From NCBI RefSeq assembly GCF_009914755.1, contig NC_060935.1: a stretch of 64,000 nt of DNA, one strand, 5' to 3'. Under the pieces are notes generated by a model. It was not told the DNA's origin and made no database searches. It worked only from the letters and a program-made list of their open reading frames with translations. Source of the stretch: the human T2T-CHM13v2.0 reference genome, Homo sapiens. This document shows positions 39,980 through 54,830 of the stretch, one piece after another (the first letter of the stretch is position 1; the number at the start of each line of letters is the position of its first letter). The position numbers and the translations under genes are program-made.

Positions 39980-40110
39980 GAGGCCAGGTTATATGAGTGA
40001 GACAACCTCATTTTTTTCTGTCTGTGAATAAAAATAACAATGGCTATGCTAGAACCGTAGTGCAAAATGTAATGAAATAACACCTGTAAACTGTAAAGTA
40101 CTATATGAGG
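39980..40110 (+). mobile_element. MIR fragment
   Basis: cctcatttttttctgtctgtg...aatgaaataacacctgtaaactgtaaagtactata. Confidence 0.55.
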
Positions 40111-40129
40111 AGAAGGCATAGTTTTATGA

Positions 40130-40441
<312 letters not shown>

Positions 40442-41555
40442 CCAAGGCATACTTTTTACTGAATGAACACTTGCTGTGCTGGGATTGTGCCCAGCTCCCT
40501 GATCTGCAGCAGCCACTCTTTGGGACAGTTCATCTCCTCCCTCCTGTTAAGGATCTGCATTGTTCAGTGCCACCTGCCAGGACCTATGGAGTCTCCCCAC
40601 GTTGGCTTTTCTCGCCTGGCCTCTTGTTTAAGTTGGTTTTGGGATTTGAAGGAGTAGGCTATCTTCAAGAGTGTGTCCACCAGGAACCTGGCCAGAATTC
40701 CTGACTTCAAAAGAATTCTTAGGAAGAGTCTCACATGACAATGAATGCACTCACAGAGCCGCAGAAACCCAGCAATTCATTCTTCCTGGCCCTGAGAGGG
40801 CCCTTTTGTATCTCCCCCACCCCTATTCCACCCAGGATGCAGCAGTCACAAAGCAATCATGAAATATACCCATCTCGGGCAGGCTTAAATCTCTGTTGGG
40901 TCTCCATTTTTCTTTCTTTAAACACTTATGGAATAAATGGAATTTATAATCAGAAACCATAAAATGTCTGATTTATTACTCATCTTGATGACAATATTTA
41001 ATAACTCGTATATGTTTCATTGCATCTTTCTACTGCCCTGTTGTGGAATTTTACTTTAAGGGAGCCCGCCCTCTACGTCTGATACCACAGGAGAAGAGTC
41101 TCCTTTGGAGTCAGGGGCTCAGAGTTGCTGTGAGGGTGCTCAGCTCCCTCCAGGTGGGGTGGGAATCTCAGCTTCTCAGGGCAGGGCTGGCCTCGTCCCA
41201 CTGGACGGTGTTCTCACGACACCTGCGATGGGGGTATGCCAGGGCTTTGTCACTGACTTCCATGCTGGAAATTCCATATTTGTAGATGAATTCCTTTGGT
41301 CCTTGAAAGCATTTTCTTTTCATGTGTTCTTTGTTACCATTCTGCTGTTCTCGGGAGGAAAACGTGTCCTCATTGAGTTTGGGGATTCTGTAATAAAGAG
41401 ACATCCTGTGAGAAGGGGGTTGTGCCTAGAGTTGGGGACAGGAAGAAAGCTCGGGAGGGAAGAAACCGAAGTGGGATTCAAAGCGAGGCCAGCATGCTTG
41501 ATCATTTTGCTTGGAAGGATGGACTTACCCTGTTAAGCTCCTGATCTTTTCTTTA

Positions 41556-41897
<342 letters not shown>

Positions 41898-42139
41898 AAT
41901 GTCTTATGTTCATACAGCACTTTACAGCCTACAGATATTATTTCATTAAATCTTGCACTACCTCTCTGTCATAGCCATTGCCATTTTTATTCTTTAGACA
42001 GGAAAAATAGGGATGTCTCACTCTCATATAAGCTGGTCTTTCTCAGTGCTGGCTGATGCTGCACTCATGAGTAATATCTCTTTAACGATGACTCTCTCTT
42101 AAAATAAAGTGAGAGGGGAAGATCTTTGCCTAAGAGGAG

Positions 42140-42660
42140 TTCCCACCACCCCTAAATACTCCAGTGTTCACCTCCCCGGAGTAACGGCTCTCACTTCCTT
42201 GCCACTATGTACGCTGCCAATCAGGAAATTGACACTGATGTCAATACCACCTCCAATCCACGGAACTCACTCAGCTTTTGTCATCCATCCTGACAATGGC
42301 TCTTTTTCCTTTCTGGGCCAGAATCCCTCCCAGGAACACACTGAATTCAGTTATCATAACCTACAGTCTCCTTCAATCCAGAGCAGTTCCTTGGTCTCCT
42401 CCTACCTCTCAGCAAACTTCATGTGTATTCAGGCTTCTCATTCTGTAAAATGACCTCGAACCTGGATCTTTCCACCTTTTACTATGGCCCATCCCAGGGG
42501 TGCATCTGGGTGGAAACATCACAGAAGTGATGCTGTGCTTTCTTGGGGGCCTTCACATCAGGAAGCACAGCGTCCACCCGTCCCGCAGTGATGTTAAACC
42601 TGATTCCTGGGTCAAGTTAGAGACTGCCAGATTTTTCCACTGTATGGACAACTTTTTCTG
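42140..42660 (-). mobile_element. Old L1MC-type 3' fragment
   Basis: aatcaggaaattgacactg...cacactgaattcagttatc...gtctccttcaatcc...catcacagaagtgatgctgtg. Confidence 0.65.
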
Positions 42661-43713
42661 GAAACAACATAAAAACATTGAAATTTTGGGTCATCTTAAT
42701 GATGACAGCCCCACTCCCAACCACCAATCTTCAACACTCTTACTTTTAAACTGAAGTAAACTTATTAGGTGAATTCAAGAATATAAAGCAAAATCGAGGG
42801 TTTCAGAAAGGTGGAATGGAAAATAGTCCTGCTCGTCAGCTTTGTAGCACTATAATGTCTTGGGAAAAACATGACTGGCTTCAAAATCAAAACATATTAA
42901 TTTTTTGAAAAAAATACTTATTTGAAAAATATTGATTTTTTTGTCACCTTTGAATCAGAAAGATTGGAATCTAGCTCCTGAGGTCTTGTGGATAAACTTC
43001 CAAAAAGATCCTTGGCTCAAGCTGTGGCTCTTCTCTTGCAGTCTTAAATAGTTGTCCGAAATTCCTTTCCTCTTCCTAGATTCCATATATAGTCTTCTTT
43101 ATGTTTCAATGGTCTGTGGCCTTAGAATCTTGAAGAGTTGAAATAATTATCTGTTATAAAAAGTGGGGTGTTAGAAGTTTTGTGTTTGTCTGTGTAGTGT
43201 TTGCAATTGTTGGTTTGCTTTTTGCTTTTACCACCTTCAAGGATTACAATAGATTTTACTGCATAGAGCCATAGTGGACAGGAGATAAGAGGCTGGAGAC
43301 ATCGAAACATCAACTTTCTTCTTTCTATTCCGCCTCCCTACCCTCTCCCACATGCACAAACACACATGTGCACACAGCCATCTTGGCAAATGGCTAAATC
43401 TCTTCCGACCCAGCAGATAAGTCATAAAACTCTCAATAAATCGAACCAAGAAGACTAGTTTTGAGATTGACTTTTTTCTCCTTTTTTGAACCACTGCTGA
43501 AGCCTTAAGGAGGCTGCAGCCCTTGCTGGTGCTGGCTCTGGCAGCAGAACTCCTAGTCATGCTCAGTTCCACAGCAAACAGACGTGGATCTAATGCTGAA
43601 TTATAGGCTAGAGAAGGAGAGGACTCAAGGGGCAGATAATCACAGGCTATAAATACCTTCAAGGTAACAATGCAAATGAGGGAAGGGAATTGTTCATTTG
43701 CTCAGCAGGTGCT

Positions 43714-43810
43714 AGGACAAGGAGCACTAGCTTAAAGCTGAGGAAGAGAAAGTTTAAGCTGGGGATTAGCAGAGAAGCTCCTCACACAGAGAGTTTCCTG
43801 CCCAGGGCTC
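43714..43810 (+). mobile_element. CR1/L3 LINE 3' fragment
   Basis: Reads RTRSTSLKLRKRKFKLGI, resembling the CR1 RTRGHSLKL..RFRLDI motif. Confidence 0.6.
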
Positions 43811-44579
43811 TGGACTTGGGAGTCCAGTGCCAGGTACCAGGGACAGAAGCATGATAAAGGCATTGGAAAGAATTCCTGCTCGATTCAAGGGTCACAGGGC
43901 TAACCCACAGCTTTCTGGTTGTTATCTATATTCTTAGGATGACATATACACACTCTCATTTGCCTCCGGCGTTCAATTTATAGCCTGGCTGTTCAGGAAA
44001 CAAATTCCTCTGGTTCAGTTCCTTGTGGCACCTGGAAGGATAAATTCCAAATCTCACTCTTTTTTTTTTTCTTTTGCCCCCAAAGCTGGGGTTAGCTGAA
44101 TTCATGATAACTAATTCTAAACTCTGATAGGTGCTAATCCCATATGCAAAGATATAGGGCTCCTGAACTACATTTGGCAGGTAGGGAACAGTCAGATGCT
44201 TAAAAGATATTAGCCACCACTGAAACAACATTCCAGTGGTAACCATTACTGCTTAAATTATTGTCTACTTTCTGAATGTGTGTCTTCATGGAACTTGCCA
44301 GAACCTTCCTATGGAGAGGAATCAGTGTATTCCCCCATGGTCTGCTTTCCTACACAAATGTCCATAGTTTCCACCCTGGTTTCATGGCTCATTTCCTAAG
44401 GAGGCCTTCGCTCAGCTGTGTCCAACCAAGTCTGGGCTCTATTGTTTGTGATTTGTCTTCCATTCCATTGCCCTCATTCACACGCGTTGAGTGCTTAATA
44501 TGAGAAATTAAGACAATAAGGACATAGGCAAATAGAACTTTTCCTTACAACCCTCCTCTCAACGGTTTGAGGGAGCACT

Positions 44580-44730
44580 TCAGTAGTGAAAGGTACATGG
44601 ATTTGAAATCAGAAACACCGAGTTCCAGTCCCGGATTGGTCAGTTTTTAATGATCGGGGTCATTGACTTGACCCTACAGAATTTCAGATTGGGGATAATA
44701 AAATCTACCTAAAATGTAATTGTGAGCTCT
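44580..44730 (+). mobile_element. MIR
   Basis: gtagtgaaaggtacatggatttgaaatcagaaacaccgagttccagtccc...ggggataataaaatctacc. Confidence 0.7.
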
Positions 44731-44733
44731 CAG

Positions 44734-44735
<2 letters not shown>

Positions 44736-44781
<46 letters not shown>
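44736..44781. repeat. (CA)n microsatellite
   Basis: Uninterrupted AC run. Confidence 0.98.
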
Positions 44782-44782
<1 letters not shown>

Positions 44783-45380
44783 AAAGCTTTGACGCAGAGG
44801 AGCAGCCAATACTTTGTGGACACCAGCATGCAAAACACAGCGGAAAAAGTGCACAGACAGAAAGAGTGTGAGGCAGCATTTTACTCCTCCACTAAGAAAA
44901 GCTGAAAAATGCAGTAAGGGCATTTAGAAGAGAGAAAGATATCCCCACTTAGGAAGTACCAAAAAGGCTATAGGGTTGTCATATTTTCAGCCTACAATTT
45001 GTTTCTCTCCAATTATTGAGTACCTTGTCTACCTACTCTTCACTACTGAGGAGTAATGGGGGAACAGGACAGGTGAAGATGAGAAGTGACCTGCATTCTT
45101 GAAGAGACAGGGCTGTGGATGCAAATTGCTATTCCAAGTACAGGCACAGCACTTGCAGGACAGAAGGTTGCGGGGCTGACCAAAGGGTGTGCTGTGCCCA
45201 TCTCCCTCTCCAGTAGAGAACAATGTCACACAACTTTCTTCTCTTTGCCTAACATCAATTAATTGCGATTTAGAAAATAGGGTGAAATCCAGGAAGAGCT
45301 TCACAGAGGAAGGATATATTCCAACAAAGGGCCCAAGTGAGTGTCTTGCCTGTAGGAAAAGGATAACAGCAGAATACATA

Positions 45381-45823
45381 TGTACATTAGTCAGAATTAT
45401 CTAGAGAATCAGAGTTGGTAATCAATAGGGTGTATGTGTGTATGTGTATGTATGTGTGTGTGTCTTTCTATCTATCTATGTGAAAGAGCGAGATTTGAAC
45501 AACTAGTTAATGGAATTACAGAGACCGGCAAGTTCAAAATCTACAAGATGGGCCAACGGGGAAGAGCTGGTGTCCCAGCTCAGGTCCTCTGGCTGGCAGA
45601 ATTCCCTCATCTTCAAGGCAGGTTAGTCATTTTCTATTAGAACCTTCAACTGATTGGATGAGGCTCACCCCTGTTATGGAGAGTAATCTGCTTTACTGAC
45701 AGTTCATGGATTTAAATGTTAATCTCATTTAAAAACACCTGCCCATGACATCTGGAATAATATTTAATCCAATATCTGGATGCTGTGGCCCAGATATGTG
45801 GACACATAAAATTAACCGTCACA
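45381..45823 (-). mobile_element. MLT2 (ERVL) solo LTR
   Basis: cattagtcag...ccttcaactgattggatgaggctcaccc...aatctgcttta...gacacataaaattaaccgtcaca. Confidence 0.88.
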
Positions 45824-46799
45824 ACATGATAGAGAAGTTACTTCATCACACTGGTGCTAAATACTGCTCTCTTTACATTCGGAGTATCTCGTGAAGAGAG
45901 TGGGGTTTGGACTGAGCCTTCCATGATGGGAGAAGTTGAGGGAAAATTCAATTCACAATTCCGGTGAGGAATGATGTATCTGCTGGATAGAAAAAGAAAG
46001 GGAACAAATATTCTCTGCTTATTTGTGATGGGTTCTGAGGCAGGCAACTCTTAGCTTAATTCAAGAGATCTTATTTACCATATTTAAACATTTAGGCTTG
46101 CTGCAATGAGCAATTGATAAAAGGTAGGAGTTTCTACTTCACTGTTTTTTTTTCTTTTCCTGAGAAAATAGGGAATAGGTCAAAAAAGTTCAGGAAAATA
46201 ACGAATGAATGGGTTGAGGAGAAAGATCAGGCTGTGCAAAAAGCACAAGCAGTCACACTCCCCATGACATAAAGTTGATGACATATCCTGAGTGCACATT
46301 TCTACTGAGGAAGGAAAAGATGGCAGCACCTGCCAAAAGGACTTCTGTGCTCCGTAGCCTCACACCCAGAATATGACTCAAACCGTCCCCATGAATGAGA
46401 AAATCAAAGATTTTTTTCTTGGGCTGTTTGCTACTTGTCAAGACTTACACATCAGGACATAACCTTTTCATGCCAATTATAGTGCATCTTCTAATAATTA
46501 AAAAGGAAAAGTCAAAACACGAATATTTCATATTCAAAGGTCACGCTATCTCCAGTCTCCTTCCCAAAGCTGGAGACGGGGAACTGGTGGGCTTCTCCAT
46601 CATGATGCCACAAAATCCAAACGGAAATCATGGCCACTTGTCTACAAGTAGGTCACCTCTTCTCTCTCAAGGCATCCAGAGCCAGAGCCTGTCCAGATCA
46701 CAGAGAGATTCTCAGACACCTTTGAGTTATGGCCATAGTCACAGAGCCTCTAAATTAACAGAGAGGGAGAGAGAAAAAAACAGCACCAGGTATATAGCG

Positions 46800-46910
46800 C
46801 CATCACTGTTCAAATGAAGAAACTGAAGTCTAGAGAGGAGTGATTTTCTTTTTGCGACACAACTAATTTGTGGCAGAATCAAGGCTCAGACTCAGTTGGT
46901 TTGACCCCCA
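46800..46910 (-). mobile_element. MIR fragment
   Basis: caaatgaagaaactgaagtctagagagg...tggcagaatcaaggctcagactc. Confidence 0.65.
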
Positions 46911-47239
46911 TACCGTGCACATTCTCTTTGGCTTAGTTTACGAACTCGGTGTCTGAAATATTAAAGCAAAAGGTGGTAGAGGGAAGATGACAAGCCAGCA
47001 CCAAAACCAGGCGTGGTTTCCCTACTCCTTCAAAGGCAGGAGGCTGTAGTTGATTTTCAAGGTAAACTTCACTCCCCTACCACCCCCTAAAAGTAGAAAG
47101 GGCAGCATCATATCTTTGTACGTGGAAAAGCCCTGCTATTCATGGCCAGATGGCATTGAATGGGAGTGGGTCTTGACTTTTCTTTTATTAAAGGGATGCA
47201 TGTTTGTGTGCACTGGGGGAGGAAGTGGCCATATGATAG

Positions 47240-47830
<591 letters not shown>

Positions 47831-48109
47831 GCTTTGGGCATCTGGAGGAAGTACCGCCTGTAACCACTATGACATTCCACAAATAAACAATCCTTGGGTC
47901 TAGCACAGGGAAACACGGGTCCCAGGGGAAACACCAAGAAGAGCACACAGTGATCGGAAATCATGGAAAGGGGGCCATTCGGGAAGAGGCTCGCCATCCT
48001 ATCTTGAGCTGGTGATTGACAAATCCCATAGGAACTATGTCACCTGTGGGTTCCTGGGACAAAACACTTCTGTACGGGGAAAGAAGACAAAGGCTCTTTT
48101 GTAGAATAC

Positions 48110-48300
48110 AATGGTTAATAATTCTTGAGTGCTTCCTGTGTGTCAGGGCTACTCTTAGCCCTTTAGGTGCATTCAACCTTCACAGCATACCATGAGGCAG
48201 GGGCAGTTAGTGGCTCTATTAGCTGAGGCACAGAACTTTGCAGAGCAAGAGCCCAGCATTACAGCTGGGTAACAGCTGATGCTGAGACCCACGGTTTGGG
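48110..48300 (-). mobile_element. MIR fragment
   Basis: ttcttgagtgcttcctgtgtgtcaggg...caaccttcacagcataccatgaggcagg. Confidence 0.6.
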
Positions 48301-48449
48301 TCAAGCAGTGTAATCCCTCATCCTAATGTAAAGAAGAGCCTCAGAGTAGAGCAGGGTTGACAGAGGCCACGGCTCTGAGGAGTGAGTAGGTCTGCAGGTC
48401 TGTGAAGACTGGACACCACACCTCACCCGGGAAGCAGAGAGGGTAGGGT

Positions 48450-48600
48450 TTATTCATTCATCCAAGCTGAGCACCTAATGCATTCCAGGCACTGGGTATA
48501 CAACAGCAAACAGGCAAAGACTCCTGCCCTCACAGGGCTTCCAGCTGGAGAGGAAAAGGTGATAAAGGGAAGAGAGATCCGGCATATCTGTGAGAACCAA
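48450..48600 (-). mobile_element. L2 3' end
   Basis: tattcattcatcc...gagcacctaatgcattccaggcactggg...cctgccctcacagggcttcca. Confidence 0.7.
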
Positions 48601-50139
48601 TCTAGCATGGTGGAGCCCTTCCCTCAAGCCTGCACTGGCTACACAACTGCGGGCAGGTGGGGGCCCCGTGGAGAGCCAGCTGACACATAAAAATGGCCTT
48701 TTGCATTTCTGCTGACATGTCGTCTGTATCTGATGGAGCAACGTCTTCATTATGAAATTAGATGAAAATCCCGATGCACAGGCTAATAGCATCCCACGCT
48801 CTTCCTCAGGGGCTGAGCAGCAGAAACTGCAAGAGCAAGGAGCAGAGCCAGAGCCTGCCCCCACCCCATCCAATTCCATTTTCATACCCACCTGTCATCT
48901 CCCCACAAACGTCATTAGTTCACAGAGGGGAAGGAGTCTCATTGCATTATCAGCCACCACAACAAAGGAGCTTTTTGTACTGAGGCCGCGGTTGAATTAT
49001 GGAATAACTAGATACATTTGATACAAGAGGCTCCCTGATGGGACAGGGCTCCCTGGGGCCCAGGTTCCTTATCTCCAGTGCAAGTGTGAGCAGACTTTCT
49101 GCTTAGGAAGGCTGCACATGGTGGCCACTGAAGACCAGAGAGGTGTAGTTGATGAGACAGCAAGGTACGAGAAAGTGGGGTACGTCACTCTGATTTCTGC
49201 CTTGGAAGGCTCTTGGGTTCATTCTTTTCCACCCAGGGAGAAAGAAAGTGGATTAATACCTGGAAGATTAAGCACCTGACTCCCTGCCTTTCCTTCAATC
49301 TCCTAGTTTTCCCAAGAGACCCCTCTCTTCCCCACCAGCCCTGCCAACCAGTACAGTTTCAACCTTGCCGTTCTCTGAGGGCAAGCCAGGCACAAGCAAG
49401 GCTCAGTGAAGCCAGTGCCTGAGTTTGATTTAATCCTGTTCAGTTCACTCTGTCCTGGTTAAATGCTTTCTAGCCATCCTTCCCTGCCATGCATCTGTTT
49501 GTAATGGTTCACGCCATGAAAACCACGAGCTTCTATTTAATAAAACCAAGCCCCCACACTCCCACTGGCAATGGAAGGGCCTTGGACCTCCTGGCTGTCT
49601 CTAATTCCTGTGGCTTCATCCTCCTCAATGAAATTCTCTGCCCAGGCAGGCTGTGGAGGAGACTGCCTTGGCTTGGGAGCCTCTTCCCCGTTCCCCACCT
49701 GGTGATGCAATGGTTTTGCTGGGGCAGCAGTTCATTATCCAGTCCTGAGTTGAGTCACTTTTGCTCATATTTGCACTCTACCTCTAAAAAGATCCCTTCT
49801 AACTGGGTCCGAGGCACGCCTCTTGTGTTTATAGAGTAAACTGTCCATTTGGTGGCTGCTGTCTTGCTAACTCGGCAGGGATTGCTGTTTGCTTGTGTCT
49901 CCTTCTGTTTCCCAGGTGCAGGGCTACACTAGAGATTCAGGTGAGATCCCTGCAGAGGCCAGGGAGCTTGAGGGAGCTTTCCTACAAAGCTCTGACCATT
50001 ACCCTGGTAAGATGACAGAGCCAAGCTTTGCTAACGATGTTTCTGTGCTTTTTAGCAGGGAGGAAGGGACGCTGTGTCTCCATACATCCCTGAGGAAGGG
50101 CTTGCTGGTCTTTATCTGTCCCGCTGGGATGATGCTAAG

Positions 50140-50305
50140 ACCTCTCATTGATAGAGTGCCTACTGTGCGTTAGGCACTGTTCTGTGCATTGTCTCATTTA
50201 ATCCTCATAGTAGCTCCGCAAGCGAGCACTACCATTCTCATTTTACACCTTGTCTAAGGTCAAATAGGCAGCTGGTAAAACCCCCATCAGTATAGCTCTA
50301 AAGCC
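50140..50305 (-). mobile_element. MIR fragment
   Basis: gagtgcctactgtgcgttaggcactgttct...tctcatttaatcctcatag. Confidence 0.7.
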
Positions 50306-50310
50306 CCTGA

Positions 50311-50580
50311 TGAATAAGTTCTGGAGAAGTAACGTACAGCATGATGACTACAGTTGATAACAATGTATTGTACACTTGAAATGTTCTAACAGATTAGATT
50401 GTAAGTATTTTTGTCACACACACCAAAAAGAGGTAACTATGTGATGTGATGGATATGTTAATTAGCTTAATTGTGGCAATCACTTCACAATGCATACTTA
50501 CATCAAAACATCATGTTGTACACCTTGAATATATACAGTTTTATTTGTCAATTATATCTCAATAAAGCTGAAGAAAATGA
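50311..50580 (+). mobile_element. L1MA/L1MB 3' terminus
   Basis: gtacagcatgatgactacagttgataac...aggtaactatgtg...catgttgtacaccttgaatatatac...ctcaataaagctg. Confidence 0.88.
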
Positions 50581-51099
50581 AAAGACTGAGTGCCTGGGAA
50601 CAAAAACAAAAACAAAACAGGAAATTCAGTGAATCCTGATTTCTAACACAATGAAACCCAAACTGTCTAGCGAGCCTTGTGGGCTTCTTTCTGGCTTCTT
50701 CTCCTGCCATTCTTCAGGCACAAGTCACTTTTCACTGTGTCTTACCAAACAGGCCAAGATGCCTTAAACCTCAGCTTCTTTGTTCTTTCTGTTGTGTGCT
50801 ACAAATTATCTGATTCCGCTCTCCAATTGGTAACTTCCTACCAATTCTAAAAAAACTACAGATCCATCTCTTCTGCTAAGTGTTCCCAAATCCTTTGATC
50901 CTTAGATGGACTCATCTTCAAAATTTCAGACTTGTTAGATGCCACTCTCTTTGCTCCCATCGCACTGTAGGTAATGTGTATACACATCTATCTTCCCCAT
51001 TAAGTTATGAGCCACCAGAATGCAAGCACAGGACCTCCTACTGCACTGTTGTCCTTGTATCTAGTTCAGTATTTGCTATATTGTGGTGGCTTATCAGAT

Positions 51100-51290
51100 G
51101 ATTATGATAGCACTGTTCTAGGCACTTTATATGAAGAAGGTACTATTATTGTCATCTTCAGTTTACAGATGAGAAAACCAAGGCAAGAAGAGAGTAACTT
51201 GCCACATTAATCCCTTTAGTAAGTGAAGGAGCCATGATTGAAATCTCAGCTTCTGGCTTCAGTGCCTATACTTTGAGTTGCTACTCAAAA
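51100..51290 (-). mobile_element. MIR
   Basis: aggtactattattgtcatcttcagtttacagatgagaaaaccaaggc...gtaacttgcc. Confidence 0.8.
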
Positions 51291-51328
51291 CTGCTTTCCA
51301 GTAAAATATTTGGTTAAAGAATATTTTA

Positions 51329-51679
<351 letters not shown>

Positions 51680-53396
51680 TCATTTTGACCCATCTGCCAG
51701 CCCGGATCTCCTGCCTTAGGAAGTGAGCTTGGCACAGGTGAGGGCTGTTCTCCTTTCGGTTCAGCCCCAGGTTTGGTTCCTTCAGGTCAAAGGTCACTGC
51801 AGCATCCCGAGACAGGTCTCTTGTGGTACCTGCCTTCCCACTCTTTCTCCCTCCTCCTTCCACTTCCTTGTCGCAGATGTAAAATCCTCACAGCCATCTC
51901 TGACGCTGCTAACCACAGGCATTCAGGAACAGTCTTGCTCCAAATCCTGCCTCCTATTTTCATATTTCCTGTGGCGTCTTATAGAAATAGCAGAACAATT
52001 GCTCATCCACAGGGGGTAAAGGGAGCAGGATTTTATATAATTAAATTTTAAAGTGACAAGTTTTTCCAGCCTGTGGGGTAGGTAGAGGGAAGGGGAGATG
52101 AGATGAAGACCTCCTGCATTTAAAGAGGAGCCTGGTCTCGGCATCGGCGACATAGAATCTAGCTTTATTCCTCTTTATTTTTTTTTTTTTTATTTTACCA
52201 GTGACAAGGACCGTGGACATAATTTGTACCTTCGGTGCAGCCTCTCTTTTCATTGAGCTGCAGCAGCATTGAGTGCTAAATGAGTCCCTTGTCAAAGGCT
52301 GCTTGGAGTCACCCACTTCCAAAGGGAGCGTCCGGATTTTAGGAAGTGTTGGTAATTTATTTCCATCTCCTGCACCAGTGCAAGAGAAAATAAAATGATG
52401 GTTCATCTCCCAAAAGGAACATTCTTAACATGATAAGGGACAGAGATCAGAAACATCTGTCTGTAGCAAGCAGGCCTGGAGTTTCCCCATAAACACAGGT
52501 TTCCATGCAAACCAAACAAAGGAGCATAAGATACAGGCCAGGCAGATTCCACTTCAGCTCCCAGATTGAAGTAAGTCTCACAGCCTCCTTCCTTTTAAGG
52601 TAGGGGACCAGAGGGCCAGCCTGGGCTCTGATGGCCACACCCCAGCCCATACCCCCAGCCAGGCTGGCCTCACACATCACGCCTGAGTGCACAGCACACA
52701 CCACTCTCCAGCCATTTGTTCCTTTGATGTGTGCTAAGCAAAACATAATTACCCACTTTGTCATATTGCATGTGACTTTGACGGCCCAGTGTGTGGGCCT
52801 TTAAAAAAAAATACATTAGAAGGTCCTCAAGGGAAAACAGTGCTCCTTTTAGGGTTTGTTTCAGGACTTCCACAAGGTTCTAAACAACAGACTCAGTGGA
52901 GCCTGTTTGCCTAGTAAGGAGTAGGGACTTTGTCCTCACCGCCTGTCACTTACAAATAGAGAGAAAGGAGAGAATACGAACAACAGAGTGGGAAGTGCAA
53001 AGAGAGGCACATCTGAGGTTTTCATGAAGAAACTGGGGGAAGGAAAGTACAGGAACCCCAGAGGCATGGAGCACTGTAGCGCCCCTCTTTTGCATGAGGG
53101 ATCAGTAGCATCCCTCTTTTGCATGATAAATTGTTTCCAAAACCAAAGATGGATGTCTCTGCAGGAACCCTCTCCCTCCACCTTCAGAAACTTCCTACTT
53201 AGGCATGCATTTAGCTCCTTTCCCAAATCCCTTGTATTCAAAGTCTCATTTCTCTTGTTCACAGAGACTCCTCCTTCTCAGCCCACCCAAAGCTCATCTC
53301 TCCAGCAGTGCACTCCTCCCTGACCCAATTCTCTGCTCCAAAGGAAGGCACCTGGCTACTTTAAGATAGCAGAAATATGCACAGCACACACAGGCC

Positions 53397-53455
53397 CTCT
53401 CTCTCCCTCTCTCTCTCTCTCTCTGTCTCTCTCTGTATCTCTCTCTCTCTCTCTG

Positions 53456-53485
<30 letters not shown>
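53397..53485. repeat. (TC)n-(CA)n compound microsatellite
   Basis: Direct reading. Confidence 0.96.
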
Positions 53486-53486
<1 letters not shown>

Positions 53487-53599
53487 TATCCACCTCACCC
53501 CTGACCCTCAGAGACTTCCCCTCTTTGTAGAGACACACACCATACCCCCTGGAAACAGAGCTTTCTAAACACATTCTGAATCTACAAATGCTGCTAGGG

Positions 53600-53960
53600 C
53601 TCAGGCTGTGAGGTTCCTTAAATGTGAAGTCTGCTCATGACTGCAATTAATTGGCATTGCTGTGCTAATGGTAAGGCAGCCTCCTGTAATAACCACCAGC
53701 AGCCTGCTGAGTGCAGGGGGAGACAGTGGTAGGAGCTGAGCCCTGTGCGTTGTTTACAGTAGAGGAGACGAGGAAACTCATGAGCGCTCTCCTTTTTTGT
53801 AAGGCAAAGTTTCACAATTGGTTGGTATTAGCAATTTTCAATCATCTTTTATTAGTGCTAGATTGATTTTCTGGGTTTTTTTTCTAATGTATGAAAGCAG
53901 AATTCTCTGAACAACTTTCATCCCTGGTCAGCTGATTAAAAATAGCACCACTACCCAGTT
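53600..53960. promoter_or_regulatory. Candidate homeodomain-rich enhancer
   Basis: CAATTAATTG palindrome 53644-53653, plus CTAATGG, CAATTG, ATTGATTT and TGATTAA in unique sequence. Confidence 0.35.
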
Positions 53961-54229
53961 GCTTATCAAGAAGCTCAGAACGAGCTCCTCGTGAAAAGCT
54001 CTTTGGATGGGAACAGATACTGTGTGCTGCTGATGGTGCCACCCGGACGCATGCTAAGTGAGATGGTTATCTCTGGGATGAGGTTGACTTGAGGATCCCC
54101 TACTCATTGTCTGTGTCTCTGGCAGAACCACTTTTGACAGTGGGATGGCAGGTCTAGGGGATTTGTCAGAATCATTCATTCCTTCAACCTTTTCTGTCCT
54201 CATTCTGGGCAAGCACGTCCCTGATTTCA

Positions 54230-54370
54230 GGGTGCAAATGAATTCCAGCTCTCCTCTAGCCTAGCGAGAGGAGAATGTGCGAATTTGTTTAGACTATGTC
54301 AGCTCTCTAGGGCTCATTTCCTCATCTACAACATGGGCACATTGATTTAGATGACTTCTATGAGTCTTTT
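54230..54370 (+). mobile_element. MIR fragment
   Basis: ctctctagggctcatttcctcatctacaacatggg...tttagatgacttcta. Confidence 0.65.
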
Positions 54371-54429
54371 CATCTATCAAGTAAATTGGTCTAATAAAAA
54401 GACTAAGGTCTTAGAAACAAGCTAATCCC

Positions 54430-54830
54430 TTGTAGGGAGGATACCATATGTTGACACCCAACTATATCAGAAGGCAGTGTGTTCAATGTGCTATAGGAGA
54501 CACAAAACATTACAGGCATTCAGAAGAGAGAGATCCCTTCTCACTGGGACGACCAAAAGACAGGACTCCATGGAAGGGTTGCGGGGGCAGTCAGTCGAAG
54601 CGTGTCTTGAGGGGTGAATAGTGTTGATTGACAGAGATCGAGATGAGGTATAAGACAGGGTTGACCACAAGTTGGGGAAAGCACTTGGGAAGATGCTGTC
54701 CAGAAGTATGGGGAATCTAAATGGTGTGGTGACTTGACTTCCAAAAAAAGAGGCCTTTTCAAAAAGAAGAAGCACATTTCACGGGGCCACACGCTGCCAA
54801 GAGATCAAGGAGTTTAGCCATGACATCCTG
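54430..54830 (-). mobile_element. L2 fragment
   Basis: ggaagggttgcgggggcagtcagtcgaagcgtgtcttgaggggtgaatag...aaggagtttagcc. Confidence 0.5.
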
